From IMG/VR virus record IMGVR_UViG_3300021335_000004: a stretch of 64,000 nt of DNA; one strand, given 5' to 3'. Under the pieces are notes generated by a model. The model searched no databases, was not told where the DNA came from, and saw only the letters and a list, made by a program, of their open reading frames with translations. Shown here piece after piece: positions 9,323 to 18,800 of the stretch (its first letter is position 1; the number at the start of each line of letters is the position of its first letter). Origin of the DNA: a virus. The position numbers and the translations under genes were made by a program.

Positions 9323-11608
9323 ATGACTGAAATAATTAAAAGAGACGGAACAAAAGAACTATTAAATATTGAAAAATTACATAAAGTAGTATTTTTTGCT
9401 TGTGAAGATATTGCAGGAGTTTCTCCTAGTGAAGTAGAGATGCATAGTCAGCTTCAGTTTTATGATGGTATTAAAAGTTCTGATATTCAAGAAACCTTAA
9501 TCAAATCAGCAGCGGATCTTATTAGTGAAGATACCCCAAACTATCAATATGTAGCTGGGCGTCTTATTACATATCACGTTCGTAAAATGGTTTATGGACA
9601 GTATGAACCTATTTCTTTGCGTGAATTAGTAGAAAAAAATATTGAACGTGGTTTTTACGATCCTGAGATATTAAACTACTACACTAAAAAAGAATTTGAT
9701 ATTCTAAATAAGCATATTAAACATAAGCGTGATGAAAATCTAACCTATGCTGCAATGGAGCAATTTAGAGGTAAATATTTAGTTCAAAACCGTGTAACAA
9801 AGCAAATATTTGAAACACCTCAAATGGCTTATATGTTAATCGCAATGACTTTATTTAATAGCTATGATAAAGAAAATAGAATTAGATGGGTAAGAGAATA
9901 TTATGATGCAATTAGTAACTTTGATATTAGTCTTCCTACTCCTGTGATGGCCGGTGTGCGCACACCACAAAGACAATTTAGCTCTTGTGTACTTATCGAA
10001 ACAGATGATTCACTTGATAGTATTAATGCTACTACTAGTAGTGTTGTTAAATATGTCAGCCAAAAAGCAGGCATTGGGATTGGAGCAGGTAGTATTAGAG
10101 CACTTGGTACTCCAATCCGGAATGGAGATGCTTACCACACAGGAGTTATTCCTTTTTATAAAATGTTTCAAGCAGCGACACGATCCTGTTCTCAAGGAGG
10201 AGTACGAAATGGTGCTGCTACTTTGTACTACCCAATTTGGCACTACGAAGTCGAAGATCTTTTAGTATTAAAAAATAATAAAGGTACAGAAGATAATAGG
10301 GTACGTCACATGGATTACGGAGTACAATTTAATAAATTAATGTACGAGCGTTTATTACAAGGAGGTGATATTACACTATTCTCTCCAAGTGACGTCCCAC
10401 ACCTATATCATTCTTTTTTTAATGATCAAGAATTGTTTAAAATTGTATATGAAAAAGCAGAAAAAAATCCTGATATTCGTAAAAAAACTATTAAAGCAAT
10501 TGATTTGTTTTCTATGTTTATGGAAGAACGTAAAAATACAGGACGCATTTATTTAATGAATGTAGACCATGCTAATACACACTCTTCTTTTGATGAAAAA
10601 TTAGCTCCGATACATCAATCTAATCTATGTTGTGAAATTGACTTACCAACAAAACCTTTACGTGATTTTAATGATCCTGACGGAGAAATTGCTCTATGTA
10701 CTCTTTCAGCAATCAATTGGGGTAATATTCGTAAACCAGAAGATTTTGCAAAACCTTGTGAACTTGCTGTTCGTGGATTAGACGCTTTGTTATCTTATCA
10801 ACACTACCCTGTTTTGGCAGCAGAAATTTCTACAGATCTTAGAAGACCTCTAGGTATTGGTATTATCAACCTAGCATATTGGTTGGCTAAAAATAATACA
10901 ACATATCAAAATCCAGATTTAGAGCTTATTGACGAATATGCAGAAGCATGGAGTTATTATTTAATTAAAGCTTCTAATGATTTAGCAATTGAACAAGGTT
11001 TTTGTCCTGGCTATGTGGAAACAAAATACGGTAAAGGTATTACTCCAAATCAAACATATAAAAAAGATGTTGATGAATTAGTACCTCATGTAGAGCGCAT
11101 GGATTGGGAATCTCTAAGAAAAAGTTTAAAAGAGCATGGTATTAGAAATTCTACTTTAATGGCTTTGATGCCTGCAGAAACCTCAGCTCAGATTTCTAAT
11201 GCTACAAACGGCATTGAGCCTCCTCGTAGTTTTGTAAGTATTAAACAATCAAAAGATGGAGTATTAAAGCAGGTTGTTCCGGGTATCCATAAACTAAAGA
11301 AAAAATATGATCTACTATGGGATCAAAAATCACCAGAAGGTTATTTAAAAATTATGGCAGTGTTACAAAAATACATTGACCAAGGCATTAGCGTAAACAC
11401 CAGTTATAATCCGGTGCATTATGAAGATGAGAAAATTCCAATGAGTACTATGATTCAGCATTTATTGATGTTTTATAAATACGGTGGAAAACAATTATAC
11501 TATTTTAATACTTACGATGGACAGGGAGAAATAGATATAAATAAATTAGATGAAGAATTACCTTTAGAAGATATTGATGAAGGAGAATGTGAAAGTTGCG
11601 TGATATGA
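9323..11608 (+). CDS. nrdA: class Ia ribonucleotide reductase alpha subunit
   Basis: N-terminal ATP cone (IIKRDG), QFSSCVL, SNLCCEI, CTLSAIN, LYY, C-terminal CESC; 761 aa, no intein. Confidence 0.98.
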   Translation: MTEIIKRDGTKELLNIEKLHKVVFFACEDIAGVSPSEVEMHSQLQFYDGIKSSDIQETLIKSAADLISEDTPNYQYVAGRLITYHVRKMVYGQYEPISLRELVEKNIERGFYDPEILNYYTKKEFDILNKHIKHKRDENLTYAAMEQFRGKYLVQNRVTKQIFETPQMAYMLIAMTLFNSYDKENRIRWVREYYDAISNFDISLPTPVMAGVRTPQRQFSSCVLIETDDSLDSINATTSSVVKYVSQKAGIGIGAGSIRALGTPIRNGDAYHTGVIPFYKMFQAATRSCSQGGVRNGAATLYYPIWHYEVEDLLVLKNNKGTEDNRVRHMDYGVQFNKLMYERLLQGGDITLFSPSDVPHLYHSFFNDQELFKIVYEKAEKNPDIRKKTIKAIDLFSMFMEERKNTGRIYLMNVDHANTHSSFDEKLAPIHQSNLCCEIDLPTKPLRDFNDPDGEIALCTLSAINWGNIRKPEDFAKPCELAVRGLDALLSYQHYPVLAAEISTDLRRPLGIGIINLAYWLAKNNTTYQNPDLELIDEYAEAWSYYLIKASNDLAIEQGFCPGYVETKYGKGITPNQTYKKDVDELVPHVERMDWESLRKSLKEHGIRNSTLMALMPAETSAQISNATNGIEPPRSFVSIKQSKDGVLKQVVPGIHKLKKKYDLLWDQKSPEGYLKIMAVLQKYIDQGISVNTSYNPVHYEDEKIPMSTMIQHLLMFYKYGGKQLYYFNTYDGQGEIDINKLDEELPLEDIDEGECESCVI

Positions 11609-12009
11609 AAAAATTAATTATGATAGGATTATTAGTCTCTACCCCTGTTTTTGCAGAAGATGCTATCGTCAACGACCATTATAAAACAGTTATTGAGCAA
11701 AAACCTTACAAAGTAGAAGTTTGTAAAGATGTTACAGTATCAGGAGATAAAACAAAAGACACTTTAATGGGAGCCATTATAGGCGGAGCAATAGGAAATA
11801 ATGTTACTAAAAATGTTGAAAATGGTGGCGCCGTTGGAGCATTGTTAGGAGGTATTATTGCTAATCAAAACAGCGATGCTACTGGAGGAACAACCAGACA
11901 GTGTTCTATAGAAACTCGTTACCAAGAAGAGTCAAAACAAGTATATAGTCATAGCACTGTTACTTTTTGGTCAAATGGAAAAAAATACAACTTAAGATTT
12001 GATAGGTGA
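11605..12009 (+). CDS. exported glycine-zipper 2TM domain protein
   Basis: Signal peptide MKKLIMIGLLVSTPVFA; GAIIGGAIGN...GAVGALLGGIIA glycine zipper; ATGA-coupled to nrdA. Confidence 0.8.
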   Translation: MKKLIMIGLLVSTPVFAEDAIVNDHYKTVIEQKPYKVEVCKDVTVSGDKTKDTLMGAIIGGAIGNNVTKNVENGGAVGALLGGIIANQNSDATGGTTRQCSIETRYQEESKQVYSHSTVTFWSNGKKYNLRFDR

Positions 12010-12013
12010 TAGG

Positions 12014-13138
12014 ATGACAATATTAAACACAAAACAGAATGATCATACAAAAGCAAAAATGTTTTTTGATGACGAAGATTTAGGTATGCAAAGATATGAT
12101 ACTCTCAAATATCGTGCATTTGATAAGCTTACTGACAAACAACTTGGTTTTTTCTGGAGGCCAGAAGAAATAGATATTTTACGTGATGCAGCTGATTTTA
12201 AAAATCTTACAGAACACGAGCAGCATATTTTTACATCTAATTTAAAGCGTCAAATTGTTTTAGACTCTGTACAAGGTCGTGCTCCTGCAGAATCCTTTGG
12301 CTCTATCGTAGGAATACCTGAACTTGAAAATTGGATTATTACTTGGACTTTTTCTGAGACTATTCATTCACGTTCTTATACTCATATTATTCGTAATATC
12401 TACCCTAATCCATCAATAGTGTTCGATGAAATGATGAATATTAGTGAAATTATAGACTGTGCAGATAGTATTTCTAAACATTATGATAAATTAATTGAAA
12501 TGACTAAATGGTATCAACTATTAGGAGAAGGTACTCACGAAGTCAATGGTAAAACAATCAAGATAGATCTTTATGAGCTTAAAAAATTACTATACTTATG
12601 TATTGCCAGTGTAAATATTCTTGAAGGAGTTCGTTTCTATGTAAGTTTTGCTTGTAGTTGGGCATTTGCTGAATTGAAGAAAATGGAAGGTAATGCTAAA
12701 ATTATTAAACTCATTGCCAGAGATGAAAATGTACACCTAGGCAGTACGCAACAAATACTAAAACTGCTTCCACAAGACGATCCCGAATTTATTAAAATCG
12801 CAAAAGAATGTGAAAAAGAAGTTATTAATATGTTTATCGAAGCAGTTGATCAAGAGAAACAATGGGCAGACTATTTGTTCAAGGACGGTTCAATGATTGG
12901 TCTTAATTCGCAACTACTAAAAGACTATATTGAATGGATTGGTAATAAGAGAATAACAGCTATAGGACTTAGCTCACCTTATTCTGTTCCTAGAGCCAAT
13001 CCATTACCTTGGACACAAAAATGGATTAGTGGTGCTGAAGTACAAGTAGCACCACAAGAAACGGAAATTTCTTCATACGTAATCGGAGGTACTAAGCAAG
13101 ATGTAACTAATGATTCGTTTAAGGGATTTTCACTTTAA
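12014..13138 (+). CDS. nrdB: class Ia ribonucleotide reductase beta subunit
   Basis: FFWRPEE, LDSVQGR, ETIHSRSYTH, EGVRFYVSF, RDENVH, VAPQETEISSY. Confidence 0.98.
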   Translation: MTILNTKQNDHTKAKMFFDDEDLGMQRYDTLKYRAFDKLTDKQLGFFWRPEEIDILRDAADFKNLTEHEQHIFTSNLKRQIVLDSVQGRAPAESFGSIVGIPELENWIITWTFSETIHSRSYTHIIRNIYPNPSIVFDEMMNISEIIDCADSISKHYDKLIEMTKWYQLLGEGTHEVNGKTIKIDLYELKKLLYLCIASVNILEGVRFYVSFACSWAFAELKKMEGNAKIIKLIARDENVHLGSTQQILKLLPQDDPEFIKIAKECEKEVINMFIEAVDQEKQWADYLFKDGSMIGLNSQLLKDYIEWIGNKRITAIGLSSPYSVPRANPLPWTQKWISGAEVQVAPQETEISSYVIGGTKQDVTNDSFKGFSL

Positions 13139-13154
13139 TAGAAAAGGAAAAAAA

Positions 13155-14234
13155 ATGAAGTATTTTGAAAAAGTGTTTCATACTATAGTAATCAGTATAT
13201 TTTTAGGTTTTATGTCAGCAATTGCTGTAGCATCAGAGCCTGTTAAGGTAGGTTTTGTATATGTCGGGCCTATCGGTGATCATGGCTGGACATATCGTCA
13301 TGACATTGGTCGTCAACAAGTAGAAGAAGCATACGGAGACAAAGTTAAAACAATCTACGCCGAAAGCGTACAATATGGCCCTGATGCAGAACGTGTAATC
13401 CGGCAGATGGCAAAAGAAGGTGCTGACATCATCTTTGCTACAAGTTTTGGTTATATGGAACCAATGCTTAAAGTTGCTAAAGACTTTCCAAATGTAAAGT
13501 TTGAACATGCGACAGGTTATAAACGTGCAGACAATATGAGTACATACGGATTGCGCTTGTATCAAGCACGCCATGTGCAAGGTGTTATTGCAGGACTAAT
13601 GACAAAGACAAACAAGATTTGTTATGTTGGTGCGTACCCTATTCCAGAAGTCATCCGTGAAATTAATACCTATTATATGGGTGCAAAGAGTGTAAATCCT
13701 AAAGTTGACATTGATGTCATTTGGGTAAACACTTGGTACGATCCTAGTAAAGAAGCAGATGCTGCCAACGTTATGATGGCAGAAGGCTGTGACATGATGG
13801 CACAACACACTGATTCACCTGCTCCATTACAGGCTGCACAACTAAAAGGCAAGTTAGGTTTTGGTCAAGCAAGTGATCAGATCAAGTTTGCTCCTAAAGC
13901 ACAACTTACAGCAACTATTGACAACTGGGGTCCTTACTACATTAAGAAAGTAGGGCAGGTTATTGATGGTAACTGGCAAGTTGAAGATTACTTTGGTCAT
14001 ATGAATGAAGATGCTGTGCAAATGGCGCCTTTTACAAATATGCCAGCAGACGTAGAAGCAAAAGCACAAGCAATTAAAGATGCTATTTCTAAAGGCGAGT
14101 ACTTTGCATTTACAGGCCCAATTAAAGACAACACTGGTAAACTGCAACTTGCAGACGGCGTTGTTGCTGACGATGCACACCTTAACAGCATGATGTATTA
14201 TGTTGAAGGTATTGACGCAACGGTACCTAAGTAA
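13155..14234 (+). CDS. BMP-family (purine/nucleoside) ABC transporter solute-binding protein
   Basis: Signal peptide without a lipobox Cys; KVGFVYVGPIGDHGWTY, IFATSFGY, FEHATGYK, PIPEVIREIN, WYDP, QHTDS; AGGA RBS before ATG 13155. Confidence 0.92.
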   Translation: MKYFEKVFHTIVISIFLGFMSAIAVASEPVKVGFVYVGPIGDHGWTYRHDIGRQQVEEAYGDKVKTIYAESVQYGPDAERVIRQMAKEGADIIFATSFGYMEPMLKVAKDFPNVKFEHATGYKRADNMSTYGLRLYQARHVQGVIAGLMTKTNKICYVGAYPIPEVIREINTYYMGAKSVNPKVDIDVIWVNTWYDPSKEADAANVMMAEGCDMMAQHTDSPAPLQAAQLKGKLGFGQASDQIKFAPKAQLTATIDNWGPYYIKKVGQVIDGNWQVEDYFGHMNEDAVQMAPFTNMPADVEAKAQAIKDAISKGEYFAFTGPIKDNTGKLQLADGVVADDAHLNSMMYYVEGIDATVPK

Positions 14235-15091
14235 TGATTCCAGTTATTGATTTCACATGTGAATCAGTATTGGAAGAGATTCGCGAAGCCTACACAACTG
14301 TGGGCTTCGCTGTTTTTACTAATACACTAAATCCCAAAGATAAACAAACCATGCATCACTGGTTTGATTACATGAAGCAGTTCTTTGAATTGGACTTAGA
14401 TACAAAAAAGAAATACAGTTATCAAGCAGAAAATAACTTAGGATACAGTGTAATGGGTGCAGAAAATGTAGACCCAACTGCTCCTAAAGATATGAAAGAA
14501 AGTTTTAATTACAATAATACTCGTATGCCTGACTCCCTATGGCCAGAGGAAGTTGACCTTCGTACAACAGGATTACAAACTATTCGTATTGCAGATGATC
14601 TAACACTGCGTATACTTGCTAAGTTTGATACTATCCTAGACTGCGGTACTACACTAGTAGATGCGCATCAGGATCCATATAATACAACACGAGTAATTCA
14701 CTACCCTGCATACACTGGTCCACTAGAAGACAAGCAAATGCGTATAGGTGAACACAGTGACTACGGCACCATCACACTGTTATGGCAGATCAATGATGTG
14801 CCAGGGCTTCAAGTACAGGATTTAGGAGGTGTCTGGCATCCTGTTCCCTATGCAGAAGATGGTGTCGTAGTTAACATTGGTGATTTGCTACAGCGTTGGA
14901 CTAATGATTATTTCGTTAGTACAAAGCACAGAGTAGTTAACACACACATTGACCAAACACGCTACAGTATGCCACACTTTGTAGATCCTACACCAGGAAC
15001 TATTGTAAGTAACCTGCGTGATGAACCTGCAAAGTATGATCCCATTGAAAGCAAAGCATACCTGATGTGGCGACTAGCACAGAGTTATTAA
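14234..15091 (+). CDS. isopenicillin-N-synthase-like 2OG-Fe(II) dioxygenase (DIOX_N + 2OG-FeII_Oxy)
   Basis: IPVIDF, VGF, FFELDL..KK, DMKESF, HYP, HSDYGTITLL, NIGDLLQRWTND, HRV, RYS. Confidence 0.92.
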   Translation: MIPVIDFTCESVLEEIREAYTTVGFAVFTNTLNPKDKQTMHHWFDYMKQFFELDLDTKKKYSYQAENNLGYSVMGAENVDPTAPKDMKESFNYNNTRMPDSLWPEEVDLRTTGLQTIRIADDLTLRILAKFDTILDCGTTLVDAHQDPYNTTRVIHYPAYTGPLEDKQMRIGEHSDYGTITLLWQINDVPGLQVQDLGGVWHPVPYAEDGVVVNIGDLLQRWTNDYFVSTKHRVVNTHIDQTRYSMPHFVDPTPGTIVSNLRDEPAKYDPIESKAYLMWRLAQSY

Positions 15092-15606
15092 TGATTAAAC
15101 AGTATATTAAAAGTTACCCAGACTTCCCTGTTGCAGACGTGGACTTTAAATGCACAGCAAGTTTATGTGCAAGTGAAGGATTTAAACTTACAAACAACTA
15201 CATGTATGATAACCTACTCAAGTATTGTCCTGTGGATAAAATTGTAGGTTTAGATGCAAGAGGTTTTATATTTGGTGCAGTGCTTGCACATAGAACAGGA
15301 AGCAGTCTTGTACTATGCCGTAAACAAGGCAAACTACCTGGTGCTACAGTAAGCAACACATTTGAACTAGAGTATGGTACTGCTACAATGGAAATACAAA
15401 AAGATAGTATCAACAGAGGCGATAGAGTTATTATTATAGACGACTTAATAGCTACTGGAGGTACTATGCAAGCCGCTATAGACATGATTTATGAACTACA
15501 CGCTACTCCTATTGCAGTAGCAGTAGCAATGGATTTAAATTTTTTAGGTGGTAGTAAAAAAATAAAAGAACAAGGTATAAATTTTTATGCTGCAACAAAG
15601 TATTAA
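15091..15606 (+). CDS. apt: adenine phosphoribosyltransferase
   Basis: PDFP, LDARGFIFG, RKQGKLPG, LEYGT, IIDDLIATGGT PRPP-binding loop; TAATG coupling at 15089-15093. Confidence 0.93.
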   Translation: MIKQYIKSYPDFPVADVDFKCTASLCASEGFKLTNNYMYDNLLKYCPVDKIVGLDARGFIFGAVLAHRTGSSLVLCRKQGKLPGATVSNTFELEYGTATMEIQKDSINRGDRVIIIDDLIATGGTMQAAIDMIYELHATPIAVAVAMDLNFLGGSKKIKEQGINFYAATKY

Positions 15607-15617
15607 AGGAGAACACA

Positions 15618-15842
15618 ATGAAAGCTATAATTTATTCAACCCCTGCTTGTGGGTATTGTAAAATGGCTAAAACTCTTATGGATAAACGTGGAATAAAATA
15701 TGAAGAGTTTATTATAGGACAAGACCTTACTAAAGAGGAACTAGTTGAAACACTTGGTAAGGAAGTCCGAACAGTCCCCCAGATTTTAGTTGACAATAAT
15801 TATGTAGGAGGTTATACTGAATTATCAAAATTTTTAGGATAA
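15618..15842 (+). CDS. glutaredoxin
   Basis: CGYC, RTVPQI, VGGYTEL; AAGGAG RBS. Confidence 0.95.
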   Translation: MKAIIYSTPACGYCKMAKTLMDKRGIKYEEFIIGQDLTKEELVETLGKEVRTVPQILVDNNYVGGYTELSKFLG

Positions 15843-15848
15843 TATAGT

Positions 15849-16295
15849 ATGGCAAGTAAAAGTAAAATAAAAGGTAGCGCGTATGAAGCTAAAATACGTG
15901 ATCTGCTTACAAAAGAATTAAAAATTGAATTTAAACGTATGCCACTAAGCGGATCGCTTGAGTATTTAAAGGGAGACCTTTGGACACCATTTGATACCGC
16001 TGCGTGGCCTTATTGTATAGAATGTAAACATTATGCTGAAATAAATTGGAATAATTTATTAACTGCTAAATCTACAGAGCTTTATCAATTTTGGACACAA
16101 ACTATTCGTGAAGCAGAGGTGATGAAAAAGAAACCCTTATTAATTTATAGATGGAATCGTTCAAAAGATTTTGTTTGTTGGAACGATGATTTAGAAATAG
16201 ATCAATATATTTATGTAAACGCTTTTGAGCATGAGTTTAAAATGGGACTATTATCAGATTGGTTAGTCAAGTATAAAAAGCTAAATAATATTTGA
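15849..16295 (+). CDS. D14: T5 D14-like PD-(D/E)xK nuclease / Holliday junction resolvase
   Basis: SKIKGSAYE, RMPLSG, KGDL, IECKH. Confidence 0.85.
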   Translation: MASKSKIKGSAYEAKIRDLLTKELKIEFKRMPLSGSLEYLKGDLWTPFDTAAWPYCIECKHYAEINWNNLLTAKSTELYQFWTQTIREAEVMKKKPLLIYRWNRSKDFVCWNDDLEIDQYIYVNAFEHEFKMGLLSDWLVKYKKLNNI

Positions 16296-16320
16296 CCGTT
16301 GCTTATTCTTATGTTATTAT
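16292..16320 (+). promoter_or_regulatory. sigma70-type promoter upstream of D15
   Basis: TTGACC-17 nt-TATTAT with an extended TG; GGAG RBS before ATG 16350. Confidence 0.7.
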
Positions 16321-16349
16321 TAATCATAAAATAAACATGGAGAGTTCTA

Positions 16350-17204
16350 ATGAACAACGCAAAAGGCTGGAATGATCTTGCAGAGATGCAAGAGGACTAT
16401 AATAATGGAAATAACCTACTTTTAGTAGATGGTAACAACTTAGCGTACCGCTGGATTCAAAGACGTAATTATGACGACTTTGAGGATGATTATATAAAAA
16501 CAGTTGAAAGCTTAAGTAAAAGTTACTCAGCTGGTCGTGTTATTGTATGTTTTGATTTTGGTAAAAGTTATTTTCGCTCAGATATGAGTGATGAGTATAA
16601 ATCTACACGTAAAAAACCTAAAGAACCAGAAGAAATTGCAAAGTATGAAGCGTTTTTTAATTGTCTAAACGCAACATATGAAAATATGCCTTTTGAAAAA
16701 ATGAAATATAGAGGTATCGAAGCTGATGACCTTATTACTTATTTTGTTGAAAATTGTAAGGCTGACCACGACCATACTTGGATTGTTTCATCAGATAGAG
16801 ATTTGTATCAACTTCTAGCCGATAATGTTTCTATTTTTAATATGTTTTCTCGCAGAGAAATTGATTTAGATTACTTAGATGAGACTATGGATATTAGTCC
16901 AGAACTATACCTATTTTCAAGATATATTGAAGGTGATAAATCTGACGCTATTTTCGGAGTAGAAGGGATTGGCCCAAAACGAGCCCAAGCTTTGTCTAAA
17001 GAATATAAAACACTAGAAGCTTTATTAGAAGCATTACCTTTAAAAGGACGTTCTAAATATATTCATAATCTGAATGATAGTACTGATCTTTTGCAAAAGA
17101 ATGAACAGATGATAAACTTAAAACGATATAATAAAGATGCCATTCTTGCAGGTAAAGATGGTGAAGAAGTATGGAAGGAATTACAAAATTATGTCAATGG
17201 TTGA
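16350..17204 (+). CDS. D15: 5'-3' flap endonuclease (T5 D15)
   Basis: LLVDGNNLAYR, YKSTRK, GIEADD, SSDRDLYQ, GDKSD..GVEGIGPKRA. Confidence 0.95.
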   Translation: MNNAKGWNDLAEMQEDYNNGNNLLLVDGNNLAYRWIQRRNYDDFEDDYIKTVESLSKSYSAGRVIVCFDFGKSYFRSDMSDEYKSTRKKPKEPEEIAKYEAFFNCLNATYENMPFEKMKYRGIEADDLITYFVENCKADHDHTWIVSSDRDLYQLLADNVSIFNMFSRREIDLDYLDETMDISPELYLFSRYIEGDKSDAIFGVEGIGPKRAQALSKEYKTLEALLEALPLKGRSKYIHNLNDSTDLLQKNEQMINLKRYNKDAILAGKDGEEVWKELQNYVNG

Positions 17205-17733
17205 TATTAAAATCGAAATTACTAAAGAAGCACAGTATTTAATTGATAGCCCTATGTTTCCTAATATTAGAAATTGGGAAATTACCCAAAATTACCCTCA
17301 CGATGCTGGTTTTGATCTTCCTGCTTGTGTTAAAGATATATGGACTTTACGTCCTGGAGGGGTACATTTATTTCCAACAGGTATAAAAGTACAGCTTCCA
17401 ATAGGGTGGGAGCTTCAAGTACGTCCTCGTAGCGGTTTAGCTTTAAAAAATGGAATTACTATTTTAAACACTCCTGGAACTGTAGACTATGCTTACAGAA
17501 GTGAAATTGGAGTAATGTTATATAATACAAGCAATAAACCTTTTGAAATTAGACCGGGCGATAGAATCGCACAAGCATGTATTCGTGCAGTTCCTACTGT
17601 GAATATCTCATATGTTGATGAGATTTCGGAAACTATTGAAGAAGAAGTTAAAGAATCTGGAACAGATCTTAAAGCTGAGATGGCTGCAAAATTAAATAAG
17701 AAACGTGGGGGATTTGGATCTTCGGGAGTTTAG
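17191..17733 (+). CDS. dut: trimeric dUTPase
   Basis: DAGFDL, RPRSGLA, GTVDYAYR, GDRIAQ, RGGFGSSG. Confidence 0.96.
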   Translation: MSMVDIKIEITKEAQYLIDSPMFPNIRNWEITQNYPHDAGFDLPACVKDIWTLRPGGVHLFPTGIKVQLPIGWELQVRPRSGLALKNGITILNTPGTVDYAYRSEIGVMLYNTSNKPFEIRPGDRIAQACIRAVPTVNISYVDEISETIEEEVKESGTDLKAEMAAKLNKKRGGFGSSGV

Positions 17734-18791
17734 TATTGTATATTTCCAGTAGTTCTATAATTGGCAGTTCCTTTTCCTGTATTTCCTATATTTGTTGATG
17801 TTTGATCAGAAGCAAAGGGAAATTTGTCTATTCTATTATTAGTTGGATATCCATGTGTCATATATCCCGATATATTTGAACTAGTTCCTCCATGCATAGA
17901 ATTTCCAGTAGAAAGTTCTGCAATGTCCGAAGAAGGTGTGTCAGCCGCATAAGTAAATTTTTGTAGTACATCTGCGTCAGTAATTCCTCCACTTACATAA
18001 ATATGTGTCTCAGACTGGTGTCCGTGTTGTGATCTATTAACTGCAACTAATGTAGCAGGTTGGTTTGAAGAAGAATTAGAAGCAAAAGGGAACTTTTCGA
18101 TCGCGTTTGTATCTGCAGGAGTCTCTCCGCCGATAACATAGCCAGCAGTTTCTGAACAAGAACCAGCTCCCCAATATCTAGGAGTGCTTAAACTTGCTAC
18201 ATTTGTTGCATTTCCAGGAGATACTGTTGGATAACGATTCATCATAGACATATTTGTACCTAAACCACCAACATTATACCCACGATCATTAGCCAGATCT
18301 GCAATACCACCACACGATAAACGAGTAGCTGCTGTTAGTTGTCCGACATCAGCAGCTACACCTGCCGGATTAGCAAATGGAAAACGTAATATATTGTTAG
18401 AGGCAGCTAACGATGCAGTTCCTTGCTGACCTCCTACAACATACCCATATGAACCAGAAGCTGTACCAGTGGACTCAAATACTTTATAACCAGAAGGGCT
18501 GCCAGGTCCTAGCTGTCCTACATTTATTGTGTCTGTATCAGAAGAAAAAGGATATGCGTAAATAAATTCCCCATTTGTTGAGCTGCCTCCTACATCATAA
18601 CCAAAATTAGTTCCTGAGTAGTAAGCTCCAGAAGGTGCAGGCGCTCCTCCACCTCCTCCTGCTAAAGGAGCTGAAGGTCCGAAAATAGTTTGAATAGCTC
18701 CATTTGCTCCGACAGCAAGATTAGATTGATGAATAGCAGCATTAGCTGTTCTAAATTGTATATATGCTAAATCAATTTTTTTATCTGCCAT
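17730..18791 (-). CDS. beta-propeller (Kelch-like) repeat protein, putative adhesin/virion protein
   Basis: About 6 repeats GYxxGG...I(D/E)KFPFASD...(V/I)G.L. Confidence 0.7.
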   Translation of the reverse strand: MADKKIDLAYIQFRTANAAIHQSNLAVGANGAIQTIFGPSAPLAGGGGGAPAPSGAYYSGTNFGYDVGGSSTNGEFIYAYPFSSDTDTINVGQLGPGSPSGYKVFESTGTASGSYGYVVGGQQGTASLAASNNILRFPFANPAGVAADVGQLTAATRLSCGGIADLANDRGYNVGGLGTNMSMMNRYPTVSPGNATNVASLSTPRYWGAGSCSETAGYVIGGETPADTNAIEKFPFASNSSSNQPATLVAVNRSQHGHQSETHIYVSGGITDADVLQKFTYAADTPSSDIAELSTGNSMHGGTSSNISGYMTHGYPTNNRIDKFPFASDQTSTNIGNTGKGTANYRTTGNIQY

Positions 18792-18800
18792 AATTACCTC

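Noticed and set aside
9323-13138. Introns, inteins or homing endonucleases in nrdA/nrdB (also pol and terL)
   Set aside because: The ORFs are uninterrupted and of normal length, with no intein or LAGLIDADG motifs.
98-15485. Short alternative-frame and antisense ORFs within the replication arm (e.g. 98-304, 1530-1778, 9954-10265, 13233-13580, 15198-15485)
   Set aside because: They are fully nested in well-supported genes, with no motifs or RBS.
13155-15606. Z-genome (2-aminoadenine) or 7-deazaguanine pathway
   Set aside because: No purZ, datZ, mazZ, queC/D/E, folE or dpdA-like genes are visible; APRT alone does not imply these.
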